Positions 29,840 through 43,282 of a stretch of DNA of 64,000 bases are shown piece after piece (within the stretch, counting starts at the first letter, position 1; every line of letters begins with the position of its first letter). Both the position numbers and the translations under genes were made by a program. Origin of the DNA: the human T2T-CHM13v2.0 reference genome, Homo sapiens; contig CP068257.2 in assembly GCA_009914755.4 (NCBI GenBank), positions 12,608,001 to 12,672,000 on the forward strand, written 5' to 3'. The notes under the pieces were generated by a model. It made no database searches. It was not told the origin of the DNA and saw nothing but the letters and a program-made list of their open reading frames with translations.

Positions 29840-30345
29840 TAACTTCACTTGTTTGTTGATCACAGCACTATTCACAACAGCAAGGATATGAAATCAACCT
29901 AAGTGTCCATCAACAGATGATCAGATAAAGAAAATGTGCTGTATATGTCTGTGTACACACACACACATGCACACACACACGCACACACACACACATACAC
30001 ATATATATACACACACACACACCATGGAATACTACTCAGTCATACAAAAGGAATGGAATCATGTCACATTTGCTAGATCATGGATAGAATTGGAGGCCAT
30101 TATCTTAAGTGAAATAACTCAGAAACAGAAAGTCAGATACCACATGTTCTCATTTATAAGTGGAAGCTAAATAACGTGTACACATGGACGTACAGAGTGA
30201 AATAATAGATATTGGAGACTAGGATGGCTGGGAGGGTGGGTAATGGTAAGGGATGAGAAACACCATGACCCAATATAGCCATGTAACAAAACTGCATTTG
30301 TACCCCCAAATCTATAAATTAAAAATAAAAAAAAAAGAACTTTTT
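29840..30345 (+). mobile_element. L1 3'-end fragment (ORF2 C-terminus and 3'UTR) with an internal (CA)n at 29953-30022
   Basis: gatcacagcactattcacaacagcaaggatatgaaatcaacctaagtgtccatcaacagatgatcagataaagaaaatgtg...atggaatactactcagtcatacaaaaggaatggaatcatgtcacatttgc...ctcatttataagtggaagctaaataacgtgtacacatggacgtacagagtg... matches the L1 3' end as I recall it. Confidence 0.8.
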
Positions 30346-31795
30346 TTAAAAAGAAGCATCAATTAAACCTGGGTTTAATGTGGGCAGTCTGGGGGAATTC
30401 CTCCATTAAGCGTTGTCCAATAGAGTTTTTGTGATTTTTTTTAAAAATGTTCTGTATTTGCACTGTACAGTATGGTAGGCACTAATCACATATGGCTGCT
30501 GAGCCCTTGAAATGTAACTAGTACAACTAAAGAAGTCCATTTTTAATTTTAATTAATTTAAATTTTAATATAATAACCACATCTGGCTAGTGGCTACCAT
30601 ATTGGCTAGTATGGTGTCTACACTGTCTCCATTTGTAGTTTAAAGGTGTTATCTTACTTTAATTATGGTAATTATAAAACGCAAAAAAAATGGTAAAAAT
30701 TTAGTTACATTCTTAAAGTAGAGATACTTAAGTATAGTCAGGAGAAGGAGAGACAGAATCCAAATCCTGCCCTTAGAGTCAGAAAGAGAATCTTGGCATA
30801 TTTATTGGCACACAAGGGATTGAAGAATGCATTCTTATAAGTGTTATGTGCTGCCACCTTCAGCTTTACCATTTCTCATACTTCTGGTTGAAGATCATTG
30901 GGATGTGAATTTTTGGAGCCCTTGCGGCTCTACATTAAATGATGTGTATTACTTGCAGCTAGGATGGTCAGGAAAAGTGTCATGGTTAATATTGCATGAT
31001 GTGGGTCATGGAATAATGGAAGGATACATTGCATGGGGTAAAGGCTCTGATGTTAGAATAACTTGGGAGAAAAAAAGTACAGAAATGCGTACAAGGCCTG
31101 CTCAGAAAATGGTGAGTAGATTAAATCGGCTTGAGACAATGTTTTATGTCCAGAATGGTGGGGAGAGATAGTAAAGGCAGAAGGGATTGCTTAAAAAAAA
31201 AAAAAAACTTGAAAGCTATATTTTTAAAATGTACCTGAATTCTATAGGAAATTGGGACCCAGCTGAGCCATAAGATGGATGATCAGGACAAAAGGATTAA
31301 AAACAGATGAGATGGGAAAGAAGGAGACCCTTAGAGCTAGTGCAATAATTGAAGAAATAAAGAAATGAAGAACTAGGGTCATGGCATGGAGTCTAGAAAG
31401 TAACAAATATATAAGAAGGAGAATGTGAAATTGCAAAACAAATTTCATCGTCAGTTCATAAAATGAAATATTAAGGACTGAACTAGTGATAATCAAGATT
31501 GTGGGGCTTGGAACTATATCTGGTTCATGTTGATTTTCTTAGAGCATAATTCAATTAGGGAAATGAATGAAGTTTTAAAAACAGATGAGTCACACAGCTT
31601 TATGTGTGTGTGTGAGTGTGTGGGTGTATTAAGATGTGTATGATATGAAAATACTGTAGAAAACAAATCTAAAACTTGGATAGAATTTTAAAGTAACAGC
31701 TTCTTAGAAAAGTGATTAGGTAACAAATGACCTGGCTAATTTTCATTTTGATTGAAGAGTACTTAGAAGCTTCCAAACTTTTAACATTGTTTTAA

Positions 31796-31903
31796 ATTTC
31801 CTTTCTTTTATTTGTTTATTTACTTATTTTTATTTTTTATTTATTTATTATTTATTTATTTATTTATTCATTCATTTATTTATTTATTTATTTTGAGACG
31901 GAG
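31796..31903. repeat. (TTTA)n / TTTATTTA-type simple repeat
   Basis: cctttcttttatttgtttatttacttatttttattttttatttatttattatttatttatttatttattcattcatttatttatttatttatttt. Confidence 0.85.
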
Positions 31904-31994
31904 TCTCGCTCTGTCACCCAGGCTGGAGTGCAGCGGCGCGATCTCGGCTCACTGCAAGCTCCGCCTGGGATTACAGGCGTGAGTCACCGCGCCC
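31903..31994 (-). mobile_element. Alu fragment with internal deletion
   Basis: gagacggagtctcgctctgtcacccaggctggagtgcagcggcgcgatctcggctcactgcaagctccgcc is joined directly to tgggattacaggcgtgagtcaccgcgcccggc. Confidence 0.8.
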
Positions 31995-33544
31995 GGCAGA
32001 TTTCCTTTCTTTTCACCTGAATCACATTTTTCCTCCTGTAACAGACTAAAGTACTTCCTACCAGACAATTCTAGAAATGTTACACCATCCGCTGTAATTG
32101 GCACATATTACAGTATTCTTTCAAGTTGTTTCGTATAACAAAAAGGCAGCTTAGATTGTATAATTTAGCAATAAATGGTAACTAAATTGTCCTTCGTGGC
32201 TTGTGAATTTTGTCTCTTTCAGAAATGTAAAGGCTTATTTGGCAGAAAAAAATATTGAAGAAAAAAAACCCAAAAATTTGAAAAAATTCCCCTAGTGTTA
32301 GAAATGCCATACAAACAACCTTCAATTATATAATACCTTTCAGTATTTTCTCTAATAGTCTAAAAGCAATTGATTTTTTCTTTTATTATTGTAAAAAAAG
32401 TAACATGAAATCTATCATTTTAATACATTTTAAGCTTAAAAAGGATTTATTGCTAACTATAGGTGCAATATATTACAGCAGATCTCTAGAACTTACTCGT
32501 CTTGGTTATCTAAAACTTTGTACCTGTTGAGCACTAACTTCCCGGTTTTCCCTTCCCCCCACCACCCTTGGAATCACCATTGCAGTGTCTGATTTTATGA
32601 AATTGACCGTTTGAGATACCTCATGTAAGAGAATTCATCCAGTATTTATTTTTCTGTGTCTAGCTTATTTCACTTAGCATAACGGCTTAAGGTCCATCCA
32701 TGTTGTCTCATATTTCAGAGTTGTCTTCTTTTTTAAGCCTGAATAGTCATTTATCCAAAGAAGACATATAAACGACTAATGACATATACGTGGCTATATG
32801 TTCCTGGCTATATGTTCCACTGTGGGCCCAAACTACTATATTCCAGATGGACTTTTCCATTTTTTTTTTTAATTTATTGAATAGATAGATTTAGAGGGAC
32901 TCCTGTATGTCATTTTCTCTTGCTATCCCCAACTCTCAGTCCTGTCCCTCTTTAAATCAATGCAGTGAAGATTCCATACATTTTTTGATATATAAATGAA
33001 CCTTTGTCCAGTTTCCAGTAGAAATACAAATCTCCCACTACTTTTACGGTTGTTTATGTATTTCACTGGGAATTTTAAATGGAGGAATAATTAAATAAAT
33101 AAATTTCTATCCGCATCTTTTGTAAAAAGTTACCAATAATTATGCTTGGGGATATTGGATTCAGTATACATATATTAAGTAGCATGCACTTGTGGAAAGT
33201 GAGAAATGGGACTTGGAAGAAAAGATGTATTTGCATCTGCTCTATGACACCTTTTCAGTACTTTCATCTCTAAGTTCCCATGGCCCTTATTAGCTGTTTT
33301 TACACTTACAGCAAAACAGAGTATGTGTGTAGATTTACAGATAGATAGTAATCACCTTGAGAAATAAAACTGTGTCCTTTTTTAATTGTCCTGATTCATT
33401 TGTGTACTTTGTATTGATAACATTTAGATGGTGTAGCATTATGGGGACAACACCAAATTGAGGAGAGCCTTAATATATCTAGAAGATATATATATATATA
33501 TATTTTTTTTTGGTAATCAACAAGTTATTGAGGGTTCTTTTTTT

Positions 33545-33935
33545 TTCTTCAACTTTTATTTTAAGTCCCAGGGTGCATGTGCAGGATATGCAGGTTTGTT
33601 ACATAGGTAAACATGTACCATGATGGTTTGCTGCACAGATCAACCCATTACCTAGGTATTAAGCCCAGTGTCCTTTAGCTGTTCTTCCTGAGGCTCTCCC
33701 TCCCTCTGCCCCCACTCCCCTGACAGGTCCCAGTGTGTGTTGTTCCCCCATGTGTCCATGTGTTCTCATTGTTCAGCTCCCACTTACAAGTGAAAACGTG
33801 GTGTTTGGTTTTCTGTTCCTGTGTTAGTTTGCTAAGAATAATGGCTTCCAGTTCCATCCATGTCCCTGCAAAGGACATGATCTCTTTCCTTTTTATGGCT
33901 GCATAGTATGCCATAAATTCTTATTGTTTGGAAAC
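33545..33935 (-). mobile_element. L1 3'-end fragment, minus orientation
   Basis: The minus-strand translation MAYYAAIKRKEIMSFAGTWMELEAIILSKLTQEQKTKHHVFTCKWELNNENTWTHGG is the familiar L1 ORF2 tail. The + strand reads cccagggtgcatgtgcaggatatgcaggtttgttacataggtaaacatgtaccatg... Confidence 0.8.
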
Positions 33936-34167
33936 CCAAATGTTACTCTCTACCAATAAACATTATTCCAAAAGTATATACTTTAATCACTAATTATATT
34001 TCCTCACCTAAAAATCATGTCTCTTCATTTTATAATACCCCAATACATAAATAACCTTGTACACTTTCCTAATTATATTAAACATTGATATTAAAAGTTA
34101 CCATTGCTTAACTATAAAGATGCCCCATAATCACAGAACTCTAAAATATTTGCTTCTCTCTTTATAG

Positions 34168-34411
34168 GCCTTACTTTTATCAAATGTTTCTCGACAAAAG
34201 TTTTCCACTGGGGAAATTATTAACTTGATGTCAGCAACTCATGGACTTGACAGCAAACCTCAATCTCCTCTGGTCTGCCCCTTTTCAAATCCTAATGGCC
34301 GTATATCTCCTTTGGCAAGAGCTGGGTCCAGCAGTGTTAGCAGGGGTGGCAGTCCTTGTGTTTGTTATACCAATAAATGCTTTAGCTGCAACTAAAATAA
34401 AAAAGTTAAAG
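34168..34411 (+). pseudogene. ABCC13: exon 6 (TMD1) with frameshifting deletion
   Basis: The 5' part reads ALLLSNVSRQKFSTGEIINLMSATH in frame 0. The 3' part reads LMDLTANLNLLWSAPFQILMAVYLLWQELGPAVLAGVAVLVFVIPINALAATKIKKLK in frame +1. Acceptor ttatag at 34166-34167, donor gtaaga at 34412. Only 7 nt (gcaactc, ~34234-34240) separate the S and M codons where ABCC1/2/3 have 18 nt (VDAQRF / VDAQKL), so about 11 nt are deleted. Frame 0 hits TAA at 34393-34395. Confidence 0.8.
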
Positions 34412-35818
34412 GTAAGAAAATGACTGCCTCATGTTACATGTGTCAAACAGGAGCTGAGTTTTCTGACTTGAGTTAACAATCACCATCTCGCTAATTATAT
34501 AGAGAGAGTTACAAATGGAAGTCATCGAATTTTATCATTTACTTATTCACTCAACCAGTATTGAACAAGCATGTATCTTATGTCAGCCAGTGTTTCAGGC
34601 ACAGGAAGTACAGCAGTGAGGGGAAATGACAAGTCCAGCTCTCATGAGGGGTAGTGGAGGAGACAGGCATTAAGCAAGTACATAAATAGAGAGAAAACAT
34701 TTGTATATGAAAAAGATTTAGTAAAATACAGTGATGAAGAGACAAAGGATGCCATTTTACATTTAGGATCAGGAAAGTCCTCAGAAAGGGAATGGTATAT
34801 CAACAGGGTGAAGGAGTAATTCAAGTGGACATCTGAGGGAAAGACACACCAAGCAAAGGGAAGAGTATGCATGCAGCCTGGAGGTAGGGGTATGCTTGGT
34901 TGTTTGAAAAGTGAAGTACTGCAGCAAGCAGACAGGAAATGCTTCACTAAATTAATGTTGATATTCTTCCTTTATATTCAGTCATTCATCTTACCATCAA
35001 TATATGTTTTGACATCCCGCCATGTGTTAGACAGTGTGCACTATGCTATACTCTAAGAAATGGAGAAACCACAGAGTTCACTGCATTGAAGGAAATCACA
35101 CTGCAATGAGATAGATGCTTTCATATGTTAAATTAACAGAGGTGGATGTATTGCTTATGAAAACATTTTATAATTTTAAATGGATCAAAGATTAACAATA
35201 TATATTGACATGGAAACATGTCAATCATATTTTAAAGCAAAAAGGAGATTAAATATATGCATGTATATCATACATATGTGTAGCTATATCATTGATCCAT
35301 TATTAAAATGTGAATATACCTATACACATGTGTGTAATGGAGAGGTAAATAGATGAAGATACATAGCTATAAATATATTTGCATAAGCATAGAAGTAATC
35401 TAGAGATAAAGCATCAGTCTTTAAAGAATAGTTACCTGTAAAGTAGAATTAGACAGAAGGAGGATAGATTTTTACTTCTGACTTTAATACCCCAAGTGAC
35501 TAAAAATTGTATAGTATTTTATATTTTTCTTAATTTTTCAAATAAAAGATGACTGGTTTTTAAACATAAAAACTAGAAAATAGCATATATTTATGAAGTA
35601 AAGGTACTTAGCATGCTAGTGTTTAGAATAACAGATTTGTTTATAACAAATATTTTTAACTAGTTTTAAAAAATATATTCTGGATTTTAAAAACTGCTAT
35701 TTAAAGGCACATTATTAAGAATGGAAAAATATTTTTTGAACCTTAATCTAGAGTCCTATAACCTTCAAAGATATTTCAATATTATATCCAAATATACTAA
35801 ATAAAAAATATGACTTTA

Positions 35819-36138
<320 letters not shown>

Positions 36139-36804
36139 TATGCCTTTAAATCACACACATAATACTAGTGGTATTAAATTGCACACAGAATATGACGGAT
36201 TAGCTTGTAATGCATTCTTCATAAGATATACAAATACTTATGACATATAAAGTGCCAATTTAGTGGAGAAAACACTTAAGAAATGATACCCAAACAAGTA
36301 TAAAATATTATGATAATTGTTAAATATTTGAATAAAAATACAATTGCATAACATTTATAAAAAGAAGAGGAAGGGTATTTGAAAATATACATTTTAATTA
36401 TTCTAATTCCCAAAGAACAAATAAAATTTATAGAGAGCCTTATTTTTATTCTTGTGACACTTCTAAGTATGTACATAAACAGTTAATGGAGTTTTTAGAA
36501 ATGTGTTCTATTTTAGTAGGATGTGGGTGTTATTTTATTATTCATTTTAAACAAATTAGGTTTAAATAAATATATTTTCTACTATTCTACTGTTCGCCTG
36601 TTGGCTATGCTCAAGTTACCTATTTATAACTATCTTCCAACATTGTCAGTAGAATAATGTATAAATATTGTAAGATGCTTTTCTCCATTAAATCTTAAGT
36701 AAAAATAGAGAAAATAGACCATATTTTTAAAATAGCTGTGGACATATCAGTAAAAGTATTACCGATTTTGTCAAATATTCTTTTATCTCCTTTCCATTAA
36801 ATAG

Positions 36805-36870
36805 AAAAGCCAAAGAAAGAACAAAGATAAACAGATAAAACTACTCAAAGAAATCCTACATGGAATTAAG
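36805..36870 (+). pseudogene. ABCC13: micro-exon 6b: KSQRKNKDKQIKLLKEILHGIK (66 nt, phase 0 in and out), downstream of the frameshift
   Basis: Found by scanning the intron for the ABCC motif (ABCC1 [19 protein letters not shown], ABCC2 KDKRLKIMNEILSGIK). Acceptor ccattaaatag at 36803-36804, donor gtagta at 36871. Absent from the ORF track because it has no ATG and is short. Confidence 0.65.
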
Positions 36871-37940
36871 GTAGTATGAAAGGGATATGCCTTGGATCTA
36901 TTTTGAGTATAGTAATACAAATGAAGTTTGTAGTGTTCTCAATATCTCAGAGTGATGATAGATAATAATTGTTGGCAGAAAATTTCAGATTTCAGATATT
37001 GTAGGAATTCTTATCACTAAAATAACATTTAAATGCAAAGCCAAATAAAATGCAGCCATTTCTTTTTGTTTCTCACACAAGTAAACACAAATATCCTAAA
37101 AGTCACAACATATTACTTATTTTAAGGTATTATGTTGAAAAGATGCGATGAAGCAGGCAAGAGTGGTAATAATACATCCATCAGTGTAAAGGCAGATTTA
37201 TATAGTGGAAGTGATGAGGTGTCATTTAGGTTATTTTATGTGGGATACAAATGATCACATAAATGCTATTCTATAAATAGTATGTTGCAAATTATTTTTC
37301 TCTAGAAAAGCTGGGATAGTTTAAAAGTGAGAGCAGTCAGTATCCTTGGGGTCTGATAACAGGTGTTATAAAGCCTCTCTCTGACAATACTGATAATTGC
37401 TACCATTTATTAAATATTTTCTATGCATCAAATGCTGTGCTTATTACTTTATATGTGTTTCCTCATGGAATTCTTATAAACCTCAAGAAGAAGATTTCGC
37501 ATTTCCATTTTATTAACTAGGAAACAAAGACACTGAGCAGTTAAGGGTCAGGTCTGAATTTACAGAACCAGTGAGAGTGTATTAGAGTTCTCCACAGAAA
37601 GAGAATCAATAGATTTCATATAGAGAGATATAGATATAGAGAAATATGAAGAGAGATTTAAGAAACTGGCTCATCTGATTGTGGGGGCAGGCAAGTGTAA
37701 TATCTGTAGAACAGGTGGGTAAACAGAAAACTCTAGCAGAAGTTGATGCTGCAATCTTGAATCTGAAGGCAATCTGGAAGCAGAATTCCTTCCCCACTGA
37801 GGAACCTCAGCCTTTTCTCTTAAGGCTGTCAACTGATTTGATAAGGCCCACTCATATAACAGAGGGCAATCTGTCTAACTCAGAGTTTAACTGATTGAAA
37901 AGCTAACAGCATCTAAGAAATACCTTCACAGAAACATCTA

Positions 37941-38372
<432 letters not shown>

Positions 38373-38855
38373 TCAATTCACTCTAAAGTGTTTGCAATAA
38401 GCCAGTGTAAGATCCTATTTCCCCAAATTTTCTGTCTCAGAAAATAGTTTACAATCTTAAAACACTAATCAGCTTCAGAGAATGGCTTGAAGTACCAAAA
38501 CATCTGTCGTAAAGAAACTAGAAAGGCAGGGAGAAGAGTTTAGCTATAAAGAAAAAGGTAATAGGTAGAAGTGAGAGTTGGTCAGCAGGAAGAGTGACAG
38601 AACTGAGCTAGACGGAAACTGTCTATGGAGTTCTATGGAGTTCGTGCCTTACAGCTGGGATGTTGCCAGAGTCTGGCTCAGAAATAAGCTATTGGAGGTG
38701 GTGGAGACATAAGACTGGGGAATGGTCATTCCCTCCTTCTGCTCCGCTCCCACCCCCAAAATACCGCAATTTAAGAAAATATTCTGATTCAGTCAAAGTG
38801 GAAGCAATTTAGTTTTCTTTATGGTTGTACCATCATTTTTTATCTTCACGATTGT

Positions 38856-38880
38856 GTGTGTGTGTGTGTGTGTGTGTTGT
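38856..38880. repeat. (TG)n microsatellite
   Basis: gtgtgtgtgtgtgtgtgtgtgtg lies 70 nt upstream of exon 7. Confidence 0.9.
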
Positions 38881-38952
38881 TTGTTTGTATGTGTGAGTTT
38901 TTTTCTTCTATGATATAGATTGGCAGATCATTATCGTGTGACTCATTTACAG

Positions 38953-39090
38953 ATCCTCAAACTTTATGCATGGGAACCCTCCTATAAAAATAAGATTATC
39001 AAAATTCGAGATCAGGAATTGGAATTTCAAAAATCAGCTAGGTATCTTACTGTATTTTCCATGTTGACATTAACCTGCATTCCATTCTTG
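38953..39090 (+). pseudogene. ABCC13: exon 7: ILKLYAWEPSYKNKIIKIRDQELEFQKSARYLTVFSMLTLTCIPFL
   Basis: Acceptor catttacag at 38951-38952, chosen because it restores phase 0 and homology. The AG at 38917 gives a phase conflict. Donor gtgagt at 39091. Homologous to ABCC1 [46 protein letters not shown]. Confidence 0.65.
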
Positions 39091-40425
39091 GTGAGTGTAT
39101 GTCATATTTCCTGTTTTGATTTTCAAATCTGATTTACAGATTTACCTCCAAATTACTTGGAATTAAGATGTATAAAGTTAAATATTATGTATCTGAATTA
39201 AAATTGTAAAGAAATACATTCATTAACTTATGTGGATTAGAGAACAAAAGTTACAAAGAAAGGGAAAATACTGTATGTGTTTTCATTGGTCTGTATTTTT
39301 TAAACACAATAAGATTTACTTCTCTGTAAATTTCTCAGAGATTTTTCATATATGCCTATATCTCTTAAAAATATAATCTACATTTCAGAGTTTCATTCCA
39401 GTTTTAAAGCTTGATATGTATGACTGATTCCTTTTAAGCAGACTCAAAGGGCCTATTATATGGAGATGAGAAGAGAAGCAACATTTATTGAGTTGTTACT
39501 GAATGTCAGGGAAGTTACATACATTGCCTTATTTCAATCTCACAATAATAAGGCATTATTTTTCTCATTTCACAAGATGAAATGGAAGTCCAGAGTAGTT
39601 GGAAACATCCTCAAAGTTATAAAATTGGTATTTAGAGGCAAATTGACATGAAGTGACATTATTCTCTTTCTATTACACCATAAACATTGGGAATCCCATG
39701 CTATTTTAACTAGAATATAAATTGCCTTGGGATATGAAGCCATGGGCAAAAGCCAAAGGAAAAGCAAGCCACATATAACCGGAGCATCAGTTTTAATCAA
39801 AGTTGCCACTCTATGTTGATAATTAATTTTTTTGTATTTCAACAAACGTGAGTATTATGGAAGTGAATGCAATATTTACATTTGGAATACATTGGTAAGA
39901 CCATCCAAGATGTATTTGCTTAAGCCAGTACTATATACATGATAGTAAGTCCATTCTCATGCATGAATGAATTTTTCCTGCCTTTTCTAGATGAAACTTA
40001 TAAGAACGAATATAAATCTTAGCCATGATTTATTCATATCTTCCTCAGTTAATCTTATGACACAAAGAAAGAATAATTATTATATATAAGTCAGAATGTA
40101 TGCAACTGGAATATAAGTTTACATAAAACTTCTGAATTTAAAGAAATGATGAACTGGTTTACAATGTAAATGGGAATAATAACTGTGGTAAGAATATAAC
40201 ATGTCTTACAAGAAAAGCGCTGGACCACATGGTCTCAAGGATGTCATTGTCCGAGATACATGAGTTTATGACCCTTACTAAAATATATTTTATGTTCTTC
40301 AGCAAGAGTACTAAATTTCAGGAAACAAACACAATTATTTAGATTTTATTTTCTAATTTTGGGGACTGTAACTAATAATGTTATCAGTAGAAATTTGAAG
40401 AAAATAACACATCTCTATTTTTTAG

Positions 40426-40572
40426 GTGTCCCTGGCAACCTTGTGTGTCTATTTCTTACTGGATGAAGGAAACATTTTAACAGCCACTAAAGTGTTCACA
40501 TCGATGTCTTTGTTTAATATTTTAAGGATTCCTCTGTTTGAGTTACCAACCGTGATCTCAGCTGTGGTCCAG
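40426..40572 (+). pseudogene. ABCC13: exon 8: VSLATLCVYFLLDEGNILTATKVFTSMSLFNILRIPLFELPTVISAVVQ
   Basis: Acceptor ttttag at 40424-40425, donor gtacat at 40573. Homologous to ABCC1 [49 protein letters not shown]. 147 nt, phase 0/0. Confidence 0.85.
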
Positions 40573-41974
40573 GTACATACAGAATACCTTAAACTAGGAA
40601 TTATTCCTTTACTGGAGTCTATGGTTTGTGACATTTTATTTCTTTGTCTTTTTAATTTTATTTTATTTCACTTTATGTAGTTGTTTAACACTGCATTCAA
40701 AATTAGTTTTCCTGAATTAAGGAATAATAGAGAACATTATAGAATAAAAAGAATCATGTCTTCCTTGCTTGTGCTTTTTTTCCATCAAAGTGACTTTTAA
40801 ATATTTCAATATGTTATTTTGTTTTCTTGTTAAGTGTTAGATTCTCTACTTAGCATTTTTAAAGCTGGTGTTAGCCACTGTGCCATTACAGGATTCATTT
40901 CCTGTTTCCAACGGAAAAGTTATAATTAGGTGCTTTGTATGAAACTAGATCGAATGTTTTCCCAGGGTTCAGCAGCATTTCATCTATACTGAATGAATAA
41001 GCAGGGAGACAAGCACATTGATAATATCAGTCAGCCAACAAGCCAAGTGTGAGATGTCTGGGTCAGCCTGCTTTTAGTTGTAATCTCCAGTTCCTGGAGG
41101 CTGTTTAGATGCTAGATACAATGAGTAGATGGTTGCTAAAGCCACAGGAAACCCAGAAAAGTTCCTTGATCCTTTTGCCCTGAGATTTATGGTTACATTT
41201 TTTGGATGTCAGGTTTGGCCATCCTCCATTCAATTATTTTCCTCAAGTCTGGATTCATAAACAAAGTGAATATTTGCTTATTGGAATCATCCTTTAATCT
41301 AAGAACTTTACTCTTTAAAAAAATATTATTTGAATAAGGAGTAACATAATTGAATAGTAAAAACCAATTAAGCTATTTTTGTTACATCTTTTTCATGTTA
41401 TTTTTCTTAAAATAACCAACAGAGGGCATAGAAGAACCGCTGATGTGATGCTTTTAGCATTTGATTTCATAGCACGCTTCTCATAAAGAAAATGTCAGTT
41501 CTTAGAGTAACAGTTTGGTTCTAGTTTTGAAATTAGAATCTAGCTAAAGGTCCGATATCAAAGCCTTTTCCAATTGCTAGCAGTACTCTGCTACCTTCAT
41601 TTAAGGAGACCATTTTTCCAAAATGGAAAAAAAAGAAAAAGCTAACTGTATGTTCTGATTTGACACACTTGGTAAACAAAACTACAGCCCAATTACATCT
41701 TATGTGTTAACGATACAAGTCCCCTAGCACAAAGTAAATAAAAATGTACTAGAAATTGTATGTAAGTCAGTTTTCAGAAAACAATGTAATTTTATTTATC
41801 CTAATGTAGCCAAACATTTTATAGCTATTTTACTATATTACTATTTCCTATTTCACTATAATTGAATGTTATTATTATCAACATTATAGTTTTGTTTATC
41901 ATCAGTAGCAGAATTCACTCACCGATCTTAAAGTTGCTTTTAAAGCCTTATTTTTCTGTATTACAAGAAAATAT

Positions 41975-42790
41975 CACCCTACACCTGTTAGGATGGCTAT
42001 TATCAAAAAGTCAAAGAATAACAAATGTTGGCAAGGATGTCAAGAGAAGGGAACCCTTGTGTACTGTTGGTGGGAACATAAATTGGTACATCCGTTATGG
42101 AAAACAGTATGGAAGTTCCTCAAAAAATTCAAAATAGAACTACCATACGAGATAGAAATCCCACTTATGGGAAAATATCCAAGGGAAATAAAATTACTAT
42201 GTTGAAAAGATATATGCACTCCCATGTTCATTACAGCATTATCAGGAGCCAAGATATAGAAACAACCTAAGTGGCTATTGGCAGAAAAATTGATAAAGAA
42301 AATATACAAACAATATAATATTATTCAACATGGCAGAATATTATACTAAGTGAAATAAACTAGGCACAAAGAGACAAATACTCTGTTATCTCACTTATAT
42401 GTGAAATCTAAAAAAGTCTAACTTACGGAAGCAGAGTGAAGAAAAGTGCTTATTAAGGCTCAAGGGTGACATTGGGGTGGGGTGAGGTGAATGAGATGTT
42501 GATCAAAGATTACAAACTTCCAGTTATAAGATGAATATGTTCTGGAGACCTAATGTACAGCGTGGTGACTATGGCTAATGATAGTGTATTGTATACTTGA
42601 AAATTGCTAAGAGAGTAGATGTTAGGTATTCATATACACAGGAAAATAAAGGTGCCTACGGGAGGTGATACATAATCTAATTAGCTTGATTGTGGTAATC
42701 ATTTCAAAATGTGCATGTATATAAAAAAAGTTGTATACCTTAAATATGTATAATTTTTCTCAATTATACCTCAAAGAAGTTGGGAAAAAA
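41975..42790 (+). mobile_element. L1 3'-end fragment (older L1M/L1P type)
   Basis: acacctgttaggatggctattatcaaaaagtcaaagaataacaaatgttggcaaggatgtcaagagaagggaacccttgtgtactgttggtgggaacataaattggtacatccgttatggaaaacagtatggaagttcctcaaaaaattcaaaatagaactaccata ... ttaattagcttgattgtggtaatcatttcaaaatgtgcatgtatat. Confidence 0.85.
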
Positions 42791-43100
42791 TCAATCTTTC
42801 TATAATAATTAAGAGTTATTATGGCTTTTCTAGAATAATAAATAAGATTTTCATTTCTTTTTCTTATAACTTTCTGCATAGATGACATTAGCTTTGATCT
42901 TTGATTCTTGAAACTGCCCTTTGTCTTTAGAAATGAATGTATTTATAACATTAAATCAATTCAAACTATGCTTGCTATATTTATCTCAATATCTTTAATT
43001 TGCGTAAAAATTCTACTTAGCCTGTAAAACGTAGTAAACATTTTTTAGTTTAAATTCTACTTGAACCCCAGATAAATTCCATCTGTGCTTATTTTGATAG

Positions 43101-43185
43101 ACAAAGATATCCCTGGGCCGTTTGGAAGACTTTCTCAACACTGAGGAGCTTCTTCCTCAAAGTATTGAAACGAACTATACAGGAG
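43101..43185 (+). pseudogene. ABCC13: exon 9: TKISLGRLEDFLNTEELLPQSIETNYTG(G)
   Basis: Acceptor ttgatag at 43099-43100, donor gtcagc at 43186. Homologous to ABCC1 [25 protein letters not shown]. Phase 0 in, phase 1 out. Confidence 0.7.
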
Positions 43186-43282
43186 GTCAGCACTTCCTCT
43201 TTTCATTCATTACTTATTTGACTTCTGGGTTGAAGGTAATTGGTTCTAAAATGCATCATTGTATATTTTTTTTCTTCCTTAG

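Noticed and set aside
30360-30700. Possible hAT/MER5-like DNA transposon fragment (cacatatggctgctgagcccttgaaatgtaactagtacaactaaag ... ccacatctggctagtggctacc).
   Set aside because: It resembles MER5/Charlie-type sequence from memory. I cannot define ends or TIRs with confidence, so I have not listed it as a feature.
30827-31171. 114-aa + strand ORF in intron 5 (MHSYKCYVLPPSALPFLILLVEDHWDVNFWSPCGS...).
   Set aside because: No homology I recognise and no splice context. The codon composition is unremarkable and an ORF of this length is expected by chance in 64 kb of six-frame translation.
38919-38952. Initial placement of the exon 7 acceptor at the AG at 38917-38918, which implied a second frameshift.
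   Set aside because: That acceptor gives a phase conflict and the first 11 codons (MADHYRVTHLQ) have no homology. Using the AG at 38951-38952, and inserting the micro-exon at 36805-36870, restores both phase and homology. I therefore do not claim a second frameshift.
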